Assembly (NCBI GenBank): GCA_038205935.1 | Contig: JBBRBK010000005.1 | Coordinates: 11,915-75,914, forward strand | Direction: 5' to 3' | Origin: Campylobacterales bacterium | Lineage (GTDB): Bacteria > Campylobacterota > Campylobacteria > Campylobacterales > Sulfurimonadaceae | DNA length: 64,000 bases | Shown here: in pieces, positions 8,725 through 18,296 of the stretch | How the letters are laid out: each line of letters begins with the position of its first letter | Position numbering within the stretch: position 1 is the first letter of the stretch | Program-made: the position numbers and the translations under genes | The notes under the pieces: generated by a model | What the model saw: the letters and a program-made list of their open reading frames with translations, nothing else | Told to the model about the DNA's origin: nothing | The model's database searches: none

Positions 8725-11448
8725 CTACTTCAGCTCGCCCCAGTTATCTCCGATGTTTAGAGATGCACGTAACGGAATTTTGAGCTCATAAATAGTTTCC
8801 ATAATCTTCTGAAATCTCTTACCAAGCTCCTCGGCTACATCAACATCGACTTCAAATATCAATTCATCATGAATCTGAAGCAACATTTTCGCTCTTAAGT
8901 TTTCCTCTCTTATAATCGTATCTATCTTGTTCATAGAAAGCTTTATAAGATCCGCCGCACTTCCTTGGAACTTCGTATTGACACTTTCTCTCTCATAAGC
9001 GGCGCGAAGCATCGGAGTGGCTTTTGCGTAATCAAAATAGCGTCTTCTACGAAGCAAAGTCTCAACATAGCCCTTCTCTTTTGAGTCTTCAACAATGCTA
9101 GAAAAATAATTTTTTACACTGGAAAAGTTCTCAAAATAAGTCGTAATGATCTCTTTTGCTTCTTTGCCGCTAATATCAAGCGTATCGGAGAGTTTTTTTT
9201 GTCCCATTCCGTATAAAAGTCCGAAGTTTACGGTCTTTGCGATGTTTCTTTTTGCCGCGGCTTCTTCGCCGAAAAGCACTTTTGCGGTTGCTAGGTGGAT
9301 ATCTTGATCTTCTTGGAACGCTTTTACCAAAACCGGATCTTCACTAAAATGTGCAAGAAGTCTCAGCTCAATTTGTGAATAATCAATGCCGATAAGTTTT
9401 TTCCCTTTTGGTGCTGTAAAAGCTTGACGGATTTTTACACCAAGATCACTTCGCGCGGGGATATTTTGCAAGTTTGGATTTTTTGAACTCAGACGTCCAG
9501 TTGCCGTTCCCGTATGGATAAATGAAGTATGAACACGACTGTCTTCACTCTCACGAGAAAGTTTTAAAAGTGGTTCTATATACGTTGAGTAAAGCTTGTG
9601 AACTTCGCGGTATTCTAAAATGTATTTGATCACTTCGTGCTTCTCTATAAGTGAACTAAGCACAGCTTCATCTGTAGAATAGCCAGTTTTTGTCTTCTTT
9701 CCTGCGGGTAATCCAAGCGTCTCAAAGAGCACTGTTCCAAGTTGTGCAGGAGAGTTGAGATTAAACTCGCATCCACTGAGCGTATAGACTTCATGCGTGA
9801 GTTCAGCGAGTCGTATTTTCACCTCATCCAAAAACTTTTCTAAAAACGCACCCTCCACTTTTATCCCCTTTTGCTCCATTCTCAGCAGTGTTGTGACAAA
9901 AGGAAACTCTACACGGGTGGCTTCATCCAAAAGATATTCTGTATCATTGAGTTTGAATTTTTGAACTAAAAGATTATAGAGTCTGAGCGTTATCAGAGCA
10001 TCTTCTGCGGCATATTGACACGCATCTTCAATCTCAACTGAAGCAAAAGTTTCCCCTTTTTTGACAGTATCTTTAAAAGAGATCATCGTGTGGTTTAACA
10101 TATTTGATGAAAGATAATCGAGAGAGAGTTTGCCCTCGGGATTTAAAAGCCAAGCAAGAATCATAGAATCTGCAAAAATTTCCAAATCTTGATCTAAAAA
10201 CTTCGTTACAAAGTGAAGATCGAACTTTAAATTATGCCCAACAACCTTACATGTAAAGATTTTTCTCATTGCATCTTTGGCACTTTGTTGATCTATCTGC
10301 TCTGGCGCACCGAGATAATTATGTGCTAGGGGAACATAATAAGCCTCGTTTTCATTGACACAAAAACTAAAGCCCACAAGCGTATCATTATAATAGTCAA
10401 GCCCCGTAGTTTCCGTGTCAAAGGCTACAATATCCTTACATGTAAGGCTCGATAAAACTTTTTCAAGCTCGGCTTTATCTGTTAGAAGTGTTGTTTTAAA
10501 ATCTTCAAGTTTTGGCTCTTTGATAGTCTCAAAAACTACTTCAACGCCCTGTTTTAGAGTTGGAGTTTTGTTCTCTTGGACTATCCCTTTTGCGTGGAGT
10601 GTTCGAAGGATTGCATTCATCTCATAGTATACAAGTTCATCATAAATCGGCACAAAAGGGTTCTCAAAATGCATCGTATACTCTTCAAAATCCAGCTCTT
10701 CAAATACGTCATTTTTAAGCGTAACGAGTTCTTTGGACATATAAGCATTTGGTTTATTTTCTACTAGTTTTTTCTGTACTCCAGCGGGCATTACACTCTC
10801 TATGTTTTCATAGATTCCATCCAGACTTTTGTAAGACTCGATGAGTTTTTGCGCCGTAACTTTTCCTATACCTCTGACTCCAGGAACATTATCGGCGCTG
10901 TCGCCCAAAAGTGACTGAAAATCTATAAACTGTTTAGGCGTAACGCCATACTTTTGCATACACTCATCTTCATTGATTGTTTTTCTTTTGATGGCATCGA
11001 CGAGTACGACTTTATCATCATCTATGAGTTGATAGAGATCTTTATCATGCGAGACAACTTTGACGTTATAGCCCTTTTGCATTGAGAGTTTCGTAACTGT
11101 AGCGATCATATCATCAGCTTCAAAACCCGTCATTCCAAGGGTTTTAAATCCCATCTTTTCTATCCATTCTATGGCGATTGGAAGTTGAAGCGTAAGTTCA
11201 TGCGGAGGCGCACTTCGGTTTGCTTTGTAGTTTGGATCTATCTCATTTCTAAAAGTATTACCCTTAGAATCTATGGCAAAAACAAGATAATCACAACTAT
11301 GCTCTTTTTGAAGTGAAGAGATGAAATTTGTAAAACCGGTCAAAAGCCCTGTAGGAAAACCATCTTTGTTGCTAAGATGCTGAGGAAGTGCGTAAAAACT
11401 TCTAAAAAAGAATCCGAAAGTATCGATAATTGTTACAGTTTTTGCCAT
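8725..11448 (-). CDS. polA: DNA polymerase I
   Basis: 5'-3' exonuclease (EADD, GDSADNVPG), 3'-5' exonuclease (FDTET), and polymerase motifs TGRLSS, DYSQIELR, AKTVNFG and QIHDEL. Start placed at MAKTV. Confidence 0.97.
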   Translation of the reverse strand: MAKTVTIIDTFGFFFRSFYALPQHLSNKDGFPTGLLTGFTNFISSLQKEHSCDYLVFAIDSKGNTFRNEIDPNYKANRSAPPHELTLQLPIAIEWIEKMGFKTLGMTGFEADDMIATVTKLSMQKGYNVKVVSHDKDLYQLIDDDKVVLVDAIKRKTINEDECMQKYGVTPKQFIDFQSLLGDSADNVPGVRGIGKVTAQKLIESYKSLDGIYENIESVMPAGVQKKLVENKPNAYMSKELVTLKNDVFEELDFEEYTMHFENPFVPIYDELVYYEMNAILRTLHAKGIVQENKTPTLKQGVEVVFETIKEPKLEDFKTTLLTDKAELEKVLSSLTCKDIVAFDTETTGLDYYNDTLVGFSFCVNENEAYYVPLAHNYLGAPEQIDQQSAKDAMRKIFTCKVVGHNLKFDLHFVTKFLDQDLEIFADSMILAWLLNPEGKLSLDYLSSNMLNHTMISFKDTVKKGETFASVEIEDACQYAAEDALITLRLYNLLVQKFKLNDTEYLLDEATRVEFPFVTTLLRMEQKGIKVEGAFLEKFLDEVKIRLAELTHEVYTLSGCEFNLNSPAQLGTVLFETLGLPAGKKTKTGYSTDEAVLSSLIEKHEVIKYILEYREVHKLYSTYIEPLLKLSRESEDSRVHTSFIHTGTATGRLSSKNPNLQNIPARSDLGVKIRQAFTAPKGKKLIGIDYSQIELRLLAHFSEDPVLVKAFQEDQDIHLATAKVLFGEEAAAKRNIAKTVNFGLLYGMGQKKLSDTLDISGKEAKEIITTYFENFSSVKNYFSSIVEDSKEKGYVETLLRRRRYFDYAKATPMLRAAYERESVNTKFQGSAADLIKLSMNKIDTIIREENLRAKMLLQIHDELIFEVDVDVAEELGKRFQKIMETIYELKIPLRASLNIGDNWGELK

Positions 11449-11550
11449 GAAAATCTCTTTGTATAGTTTTTGTGTAAGTATATCCAATCATAATTTATCT
11501 ACTTCTTTATCCTCATACTAGAAAAAAGAACATTTTAAGTGAAAAAAAAT

Positions 11551-11556
11551 TATAAT
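11551..11556 (+). promoter_or_regulatory. putative -10 box for the PAP2 gene
   Basis: TATAAT with an upstream TTTTAAGT tract. RBS GAGG lies before the ATG at 11596. Confidence 0.45.
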
Positions 11557-11595
11557 CCAATTCTAAAAAGATTTAAAGCAAGAGGAATTTAACTA

Positions 11596-12252
11596 ATGTA
11601 CTGTTTATCAAAGAAAAAAGCTAATGTACTTTTCACTATGACTGCTTTTTTATTTGCATCTCTTTCTTTGTTTGTTAAGATGGATTTTTTTTACAACTTC
11701 GATAATCAAATGTATCTCTTTTTTCAGGCAAAAAAAGATTCTTTTTTATACCAATTTTCTCAAATTTTTACTATTTTTTCAGGTACGACTTTTAGTATTC
11801 TTCTCTTTCTTATTCTCATTGTTCTATTTATTAAGCGTAAACTTTATCAGGAAGCTTTTTTTTCTTTGATTATTTTCTTTATTGCTGGGACAAGTGGTCT
11901 TATTTTTAAATATTCTCTCCTTGTTGAAAGACCTCACTCATATATTTCTGGATTGACAGGCTACTCGTATCCTTCAGGTCACGTCATATTAGCCACAACT
12001 TTTGTTTTTATATTTTATGTAGCTATAATAAATCTAATTCAAAATACCACTCTCAAAAAAATAATCTTATTACTACTGACTCTCTATTTATTCTCGACAT
12101 TGGCTGCTCGAGTTATATTAGGAGCACATTGGTTCTCTGACGCTATAGGAGGATTGTTAGCAGGCTTATTATCATTCTCCATTAGTTGTATACTTTATAA
12201 ACGTTTTGAAAATATTCCTTTATCATATTTTCAGTATATAAAAAAAATCTGA
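11596..12252 (+). CDS. PAP2-family phosphatase (possible undecaprenyl-pyrophosphate phosphatase)
   Basis: PAP2 motifs K......RP, SYPSGH and AR..LGAHW.SD; multiple TM helices. Confidence 0.88.
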   Translation: MYCLSKKKANVLFTMTAFLFASLSLFVKMDFFYNFDNQMYLFFQAKKDSFLYQFSQIFTIFSGTTFSILLFLILIVLFIKRKLYQEAFFSLIIFFIAGTSGLIFKYSLLVERPHSYISGLTGYSYPSGHVILATTFVFIFYVAIINLIQNTTLKKIILLLLTLYLFSTLAARVILGAHWFSDAIGGLLAGLLSFSISCILYKRFENIPLSYFQYIKKI

Positions 12253-12274
12253 AATAAGAATTTTTTATCTGCTA

Positions 12275-12283
12275 TGATATAAT
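12275..12283 (+). promoter_or_regulatory. extended -10 promoter (TGnTATAAT) for the HlyD gene
   Basis: TGATATAAT followed by an AGGAG RBS and the ATG at 12306. Confidence 0.55.
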
Positions 12284-12305
12284 TACACAAATTTAGGAGA
12301 GTCCT

Positions 12306-13310
12306 ATGCAAGCCATCTGGTACAGTAAATCCATATTTTTTTTAATGCTAGTGAGTGTTCTTTTTAACGGTTGTGCAAAAACACAAGAGGAAAAAGAGCT
12401 CAAAACTGATGGAGATAAAGTCAGTATCAACCTTGAAGCCACTGTTTTTCCATCTCAAGAACAACAAGTCATAGCTTCCGCAGGTGGATATGTTAAAAAA
12501 GTTTATGTAAGAAATGGTGATAGAGTCAAAAGTGGGGACATCCTCTACGCACTTGATAAAGAGTCTCTACGCTATGATCTTCAAGGTGCAAGATCTGAGC
12601 TTACTTCTTTAGAAGGAATGCGTTCAGCAGCTTGGAATGCCTATCATTCCAAAGCAAATATCTCCGCTGTTAATCTTGCAGCATCTGAATTACAAGATGT
12701 ATCTCAACTAAAATCACAAGGATATACTAACAGCTTCGATGAAAATAATTACAAAAAAAATTATATCAATGCTATTACTACTCAAAAGAATGATCAGATA
12801 AACAACTATGAGAAAGTCAAAAATCTTGATGCAACCATTGCCACTAGAAGATCCAATATAAAAAAGATGCAGTATGAGCTAGACCACTCAAGTGGGACTG
12901 CAGAGGTTGGTGGATTTGTTGCTGGTCTCAATATCACAGCAGGACAATCGATCAACACTGATGCAAAAATATGTTCTATCGTAGATATTGATCATGTCAT
13001 AGTTCGCGGTGGCTTTGCAACAGGACTTTTACCGTTTATTCATCCAAAACAAAGAGTCGAAATCAGCTTTGTCACAACTCCTCCATATAGGACAGTAGCT
13101 TATGTCACTCAGGTAAATCCTATAGTAGATCCAAAGTTTGATAATATGACTCTTGATATAGAAGTTCCAAATAACAACTATATTTTGCAAGCAAATACTA
13201 GAGCACTAGTTAAAATCGACCTTCCAAAAGAGGGACAAAAAACAGTCAAAGAGTATTTTATGAATAAAAATGACAAAAGTGGTATTTATCAAGTGAAGTC
13301 CACTAACTAA
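12306..13310 (+). CDS. HlyD/RND-type periplasmic adaptor (membrane fusion) lipoprotein
   Basis: Lipobox LFNGC, lipoyl half-motif GGYVKKVYVRNGDRVKSGDILY, coiled-coil hairpin and beta-barrel domain. Confidence 0.85.
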   Translation: MQAIWYSKSIFFLMLVSVLFNGCAKTQEEKELKTDGDKVSINLEATVFPSQEQQVIASAGGYVKKVYVRNGDRVKSGDILYALDKESLRYDLQGARSELTSLEGMRSAAWNAYHSKANISAVNLAASELQDVSQLKSQGYTNSFDENNYKKNYINAITTQKNDQINNYEKVKNLDATIATRRSNIKKMQYELDHSSGTAEVGGFVAGLNITAGQSINTDAKICSIVDIDHVIVRGGFATGLLPFIHPKQRVEISFVTTPPYRTVAYVTQVNPIVDPKFDNMTLDIEVPNNNYILQANTRALVKIDLPKEGQKTVKEYFMNKNDKSGIYQVKSTN

Positions 13311-14731
13311 TCTTTATATAAATAAACCCTTCCAAGAGGAAGGGGCATAGCATTCAAGCCATCTTTTTCATACTCAAGCTTCACTGTCACCTCTGCATCT
13401 AAACTTTTTATCCACTGCTTCGTATACGCATCATAGATCAAACTTTTTCCTGCCAGCCATTTTGAGTTAAGCTTTAAATATTTCTCTCCTGTGTAGGAGC
13501 TAGAAACTAGGACAAAACCTTTTGTAAAAAATCGTATATATCCATGGATGACACCCACTTTTTCGTAACTCTTGCCTAGTGGCTTACCCAGATCATAAAA
13601 GTAGATATCATCTTGTTCCAACTCAGAGTTATAGGGAACCTGTGCATATACGATGTTATCTGTCAACTTGCCCATCGCATAGCCATAATAGATCCCATTT
13701 TTAGGTTGACTTAGACGATACACTTTACTGCCGGGATAAAGAATTTCATATTTTGGTCCTAAATAATTGAGATAGATAAAATTTTCAAAACCATATTTTT
13801 TATATTTTTCTTTATAGCTCGTTAAAAGATCTATATATTTAATGGAATCATCAATTGTTTTAGAGTTATTATATATGGGAAAGTACTTTGTTGTTTGAAT
13901 ATTTTCTACCCATCCTTTCCCTTCAACCTGAATGGATCTTTTTTCGTCATTTGTAGATGTAATATAACTTTCTGTCATATCATACTTGATATAAGGCAAA
14001 AGATATTTATCTTGTCTAAAAGCTTGATTTGTTATAAAAAAAACTCCTAACTCTTTTAATTTTTTATAAAAATTACCAATGATTTCATAATAGTTTTTAT
14101 GGGGATTGAGTCTTTTAAAATTATCAAGTATTATCTTGTATTTTGCATCTTCAATATACTTGCCATCAGCCCAATCGAAAAAGAGGCCATTAAGCCCACT
14201 TGCTTTCATGTCTGCTTGCAACTGCTCTATTTTGTAATCAAATACTTTTTTGTTTGCTAGATTATAATAATAATCATGACACCATTCATAGTGGCTTTCT
14301 TCAGAATGTAAAAATGGGCCATCAGGATTTAATGTTGCACTTTTTTTATTTTGATATATCCAATTAACTATAGGACGATTCTCTCCGCTAAGATAATAAT
14401 AAAATGCAGGCATCCAGTCATATCCCAGACGATGCTCAACAAAAGCTAGCCCTGCTTTTTGAACTTTTTGAGAACTGATTCGCTTATCATCGACTCCCCC
14501 AAACTCTACAACACTAAATCGCTTTGCCCATGCTACTTCATTCTCTCCATTAAACAGTGAAGCTATTGCGAATTCACCTTTCTTTTTACTCACTTTCAAG
14601 GAGCTTGTTTTAGAGCTTTTAAGCGTGTGAAACTCGCTTTTAGACACAAACTGTGAGCTAACATCTGGTAACGCATAAATGGATGTATGATATAAAAAAG
14701 TTGAAATGACAACCAAAAGAACTGGCTTCAT
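13307..14731 (-). CDS. secreted putative TIM-barrel glycoside hydrolase, PelA/GH114/GH166-like
   Basis: Signal peptide. The series GLFFDWAD ... FITNQAF ... DMTESY resembles the G.FLDT.D/N.GF/.ES series of PelA-type hydrolases. Lies in the pelF/pelG locus. Confidence 0.55.
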   Translation of the reverse strand: MKPVLLVVISTFLYHTSIYALPDVSSQFVSKSEFHTLKSSKTSSLKVSKKKGEFAIASLFNGENEVAWAKRFSVVEFGGVDDKRISSQKVQKAGLAFVEHRLGYDWMPAFYYYLSGENRPIVNWIYQNKKSATLNPDGPFLHSEESHYEWCHDYYYNLANKKVFDYKIEQLQADMKASGLNGLFFDWADGKYIEDAKYKIILDNFKRLNPHKNYYEIIGNFYKKLKELGVFFITNQAFRQDKYLLPYIKYDMTESYITSTNDEKRSIQVEGKGWVENIQTTKYFPIYNNSKTIDDSIKYIDLLTSYKEKYKKYGFENFIYLNYLGPKYEILYPGSKVYRLSQPKNGIYYGYAMGKLTDNIVYAQVPYNSELEQDDIYFYDLGKPLGKSYEKVGVIHGYIRFFTKGFVLVSSSYTGEKYLKLNSKWLAGKSLIYDAYTKQWIKSLDAEVTVKLEYEKDGLNAMPLPLGRVYLYKD

Positions 14732-15627
14732 TTCATAAGGTCCTTCAATCTGATATTTTTACTAATAAAAATAGGATAAAAAAGGATAAAGTCCACAAGA
14801 AGTAATATCATATGATAGAGAGTTGCACTCATAAGTGCATCCTCTTTTGGAACTCCATGCGCAGTTAAAATAAATACAACAGCGCCCTCAAATGCACCAA
14901 TACCAGCAGGTGCTAAAGGAATTGCAAAAGCTATACTTGAGACAATAAAGAGTTACAAGATAGTGCTCAAACTAAGACCAAAATGAACGCCATACTTAAA
15001 AAAAAGTATGTTGCTAAGTAAATACACAAACCATATATACAGTGTATATGCAAATATCCCTAGTGAGGATTTAAATAAAAGATTGATATTTTTATAGATT
15101 TTTTGTGTATAGACTCTAAAAAATTGTATAGGTATCTTTTTTAAAAAAACTAATACATATTTTGTATTGAAAACAAGTACCACAAATATTATGAACACTG
15201 AAAGTAAAACAATGGACTGCTTTAAAAGTTCATTTGTAAAATATCCATACGCCCATAAACAGATCAATAGAAATAAAACAATCACATCAAAAAATCTTTC
15301 GATAAGCATAATAGATAAGGCTTTATTGTAATTAAATTTATAGAATTTTTTTAAATACAAAGCCTTTGATAATTCACCCAATTTGGCAGGTAGGATAACG
15401 TTTAACATGCTTGAAACAACCATAGTTTCATAGGATATTTTAAAAGAAAGTTTAGACATCATTTGCCATCGTTGGGCCACAACGATCTGCCCTAGTACAA
15501 TGGAAATAAAAGTTAAAATTATTCCAAATATGTAAAATATAGACAAATCTATTTCTTTTAGATCTAAACCATGAAAAAGATAATAGGCGATGAGGATAAA
15601 AAAAGTAATCTGTATTAACTTATGCAT
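14728..15627 (-). pseudogene. UPF0104/lysylphosphatidylglycerol-synthase-TM (flippase-like) protein interrupted by an in-frame TAA at 14953-14955
   Basis: N-part has the family motifs LPAKLGELSKA and IERFFD. The same frame continues past the TAA as LFIVSSIAFAIPLAPAGIGAFEGA...LYH to a TGA at 14728 that overlaps the next ATG. Confidence 0.8.
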
Positions 15628-16369
15628 GGATAATCTCGTGTAATTTATTTATTGTAGATCCGTTACTGTAAAAAGCTAAAAAATAATCCACATTAAACTT
15701 TGCATTTTTTTGAAAACTCCGTATCATATTTGTATCCATTAGTTCATAAGGATGTATATATAAAGTTGGTTTCTCAATTCTTTTAAATAATCTTTTTAAA
15801 AGCCATAAGGGAAGTACACGCAAATAGAATCCTCCACTAAATGGGATAAAGTCTCTTTTGACTGGTCTTTCTTCTATTAAACCCGATTGTGTATAAATGT
15901 TAAAAGGTTCTTTCTTATTTATTTCATTTCCGTACATGTAATTCTTCATAGGGAAGTAGGAGGAAGAATAAAGAAATCCCATTTTCACTAACTCTTCATA
16001 ATATCTTTTTTCAAAAGGCATAGACCAATTAACAGCACGATATCCTACAATTTTTTTACAAATCAGATCTTCAAGATAATTTTTTGCCGTTTGTATTTCA
16101 TCTTTCCAAGTCTCAAAAGAAATATTATAAATCAACTCATGATAATAGCCATGACACCCTATTTCAATACCCGCATCTGATATTTTTTTTATCAAATACG
16201 GAAATTTTTTTGCAAATGTTACCAATACAAATGCCGTTGCGCGACGATTTTGAGCAAGCTCAATAAAAATATCAATCATCTTTTCATACTCTATCTCTGG
16301 TTTGGACGTCCATTTTATATCAAAATTCATATCTTGAATTTCTTCCACATCAATCGTAAGCCACATCAT
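15620..16369 (-). CDS. polysaccharide deacetylase (CE4, DUF3473/PEP-CTERM-associated type)
   Basis: Motifs LTIDVEE, ATAFVL, EIGCHGYYH, GYRA, FSGGFYLRVLP and YIHPYE. Confidence 0.88.
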   Translation of the reverse strand: MMWLTIDVEEIQDMNFDIKWTSKPEIEYEKMIDIFIELAQNRRATAFVLVTFAKKFPYLIKKISDAGIEIGCHGYYHELIYNISFETWKDEIQTAKNYLEDLICKKIVGYRAVNWSMPFEKRYYEELVKMGFLYSSSYFPMKNYMYGNEINKKEPFNIYTQSGLIEERPVKRDFIPFSGGFYLRVLPLWLLKRLFKRIEKPTLYIHPYELMDTNMIRSFQKNAKFNVDYFLAFYSNGSTINKLHEIIHA

Positions 16370-17274
16370 AAATCCACCAAATATTTACAAAGTTTTGGTC
16401 CCATAAAGTCAACCAAAATTTTTGGAAGTTTTTTCCATACATTTGACGCTAAAGAGTATTTTTCGTAAATATCTTCTTGCTCAGAACAAATAATATCTAT
16501 CTTCACAGGCAAAGCTCCAAATTGAAGTTTAAAGTCATACGTAGGTCCTCCATAAGAGGATCTACCAAAATCAAATATCTTTACATGTAAGCGATCACAC
16601 ATATCTTGTAGTACACTCCAATAGATGTAATATCCCGCCATTTTTTTTGTGTAGTTTGGATCAACACCACCCCATGGATACCATGCAAGATCTCCATCTA
16701 AAATAATACACATAGATGCTATTACACTAGTGCCATCATAGAGGTTGTAAAATACAATCTGATCTTGAAACTCATCTCTTAAGTATATAAATAATTTTTT
16801 ATCTAATACAGGAGTACCATGCTTATGCACCGTCTCTGAAAAGATCTTATAAAAATCATCTATATCTTGCTGTGCGTTTCCATAGGCAAATGAGAAGTTG
16901 TTTTTTTTCAAACTATTTTTGATCTTATTTCTACATCTTGATTTAATATTTTCATTGAAAAGTTCTTGACTACTTTTTCCTTCAAGAAATAATCGCATCG
17001 TTACCGTATCACTTTTTTTATAATCTTTGTACTCAAAGTTTAGTGTTTTAATCTGAAAGTGATTATCTTTTCCGAGTTCAAGAAGATCAGCAATATTTTG
17101 ATGAGTTCTATCTGAATAACTAAGTAAAGGAAGATAAGAAAGTGTTTTTTTTCCAATGATTGAGGAAACAACTAGAAAATCCATATAGCTTTTATATGCA
17201 TACAATTCCTGTAATACTTTAGTAAACTTTTTAATAAAAGACTGGGAATGAAGCAGTTTTAAAGAGCTATTCAC
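16366..17274 (-). CDS. FemAB-related / GNAT-fold protein (PEP-CTERM EPS-associated type)
   Basis: Motifs RNKIKNS, FY..F......HGTPV, FDFGRS..G..TY.FK..FGA and WKKLP....GP. Probable GTG start at 17274 (ORF track gives 17322). Confidence 0.82.
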   Translation of the reverse strand: MNSSLKLLHSQSFIKKFTKVLQELYAYKSYMDFLVVSSIIGKKTLSYLPLLSYSDRTHQNIADLLELGKDNHFQIKTLNFEYKDYKKSDTVTMRLFLEGKSSQELFNENIKSRCRNKIKNSLKKNNFSFAYGNAQQDIDDFYKIFSETVHKHGTPVLDKKLFIYLRDEFQDQIVFYNLYDGTSVIASMCIILDGDLAWYPWGGVDPNYTKKMAGYYIYWSVLQDMCDRLHVKIFDFGRSSYGGPTYDFKLQFGALPVKIDIICSEQEDIYEKYSLASNVWKKLPKILVDFMGPKLCKYLVDL

Positions 17275-17593
17275 ATTTTGTTGCATTATGCTTTGCACCT
17301 TCACGAATGATTTGTGTAACAACTGTATTGCTATTCATCTGCCCTACATACAGGACTATATTTATAAGACTTGTAATAGCAATAACAATATAAACAACAA
17401 GATCGGTTCCATTTTTAATAGAAAAGAAATGTGCAACTTCATCTGCTAATGATGGGTTTAAAATAAAAAGAAATAATATAAAATATCCCGTTAGAACGCC
17501 CATTTTTTGAAATATTTTCAACCTTTGTGAGAAGGAGAATACAATAAATACAATTGTTAAAACAGCAAGTAAAAATATCTTTAAAAAAATCAT
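17267..17593 (-). CDS. DUF2304 family small membrane protein
   Basis: 108 aa with 3 TM helices and ..VA.FF.I..GTDLV.Y. Typical partner directly downstream of a DPM1-like GT2. Confidence 0.75.
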   Translation of the reverse strand: MIFLKIFLLAVLTIVFIVFSFSQRLKIFQKMGVLTGYFILFLFILNPSLADEVAHFFSIKNGTDLVVYIVIAITSLINIVLYVGQMNSNTVVTQIIREGAKHNATKCE

Positions 17594-18288
17594 TTTACTA
17601 AACTCCCAACAAAATAATCTAAGACAATATTAATACTGTTCCACATCGATTGTCCTTTTTGGATTGAGTACTCTGTATAGCGGATGTTACATGGCATCTC
17701 CACATAGCGCATCTTTAATCCTTGGATTATGCTAATAATCTCGGATGCATGTGCCATTCTATTTTGAGTAATTTTAAAATTTGGAAATGCTGCGATATTA
17801 ATCGCTCGAAGCCCATTATGAGAATCTGTCAACATAAGTCCCGTTGTTGTCCAAGTAAAAATTCTCGATGCCTTTAGAAGATACTTCTTTCTAGTTGGCA
17901 TGTTTTGTGTTTCTCCTAAAAATCTTGATCCAAGCACAATATCCACTTTATTTTCTTGAAGTACACTGACAAAAGATTTAATATCTAAAGGATCATGTTG
18001 TCCATCAGAATCAAAAGTCACGGCGTACTTGCATCCAAGTTGTCTAGCATATTCAATCCCAGTTTGCAAAGCTGCTCCCTGCCCTAGATTTACAACATGA
18101 CGAAGCAGATAGACTCCTTTGAGACAAGCCGCCTGATAACTACGATCTTCCGAGCAATCATCTACAACAATAATAGCGAAAGCGGGATACTGTTTTTGCA
18201 GCTCTGCCAAGACATCTCCAATAACAACTACCTCGTTATAAAGTGGGATTACAATGGCTATTTCACTACTATTTTGCACCATCTTCAA
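17590..18288 (-). CDS. GT2 glycosyltransferase, DPM1-like (polyprenyl-phosphate sugar synthase type)
   Basis: Motifs IPLYNE, VDDCSED, NLGQGAALQTG, TFDSDGQH, GSRF and TDSHNGLRA. Confidence 0.92.
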   Translation of the reverse strand: MKMVQNSSEIAIVIPLYNEVVVIGDVLAELQKQYPAFAIIVVDDCSEDRSYQAACLKGVYLLRHVVNLGQGAALQTGIEYARQLGCKYAVTFDSDGQHDPLDIKSFVSVLQENKVDIVLGSRFLGETQNMPTRKKYLLKASRIFTWTTTGLMLTDSHNGLRAINIAAFPNFKITQNRMAHASEIISIIQGLKMRYVEMPCNIRYTEYSIQKGQSMWNSINIVLDYFVGSLVK

Positions 18289-18296
18289 TTCCTTTT

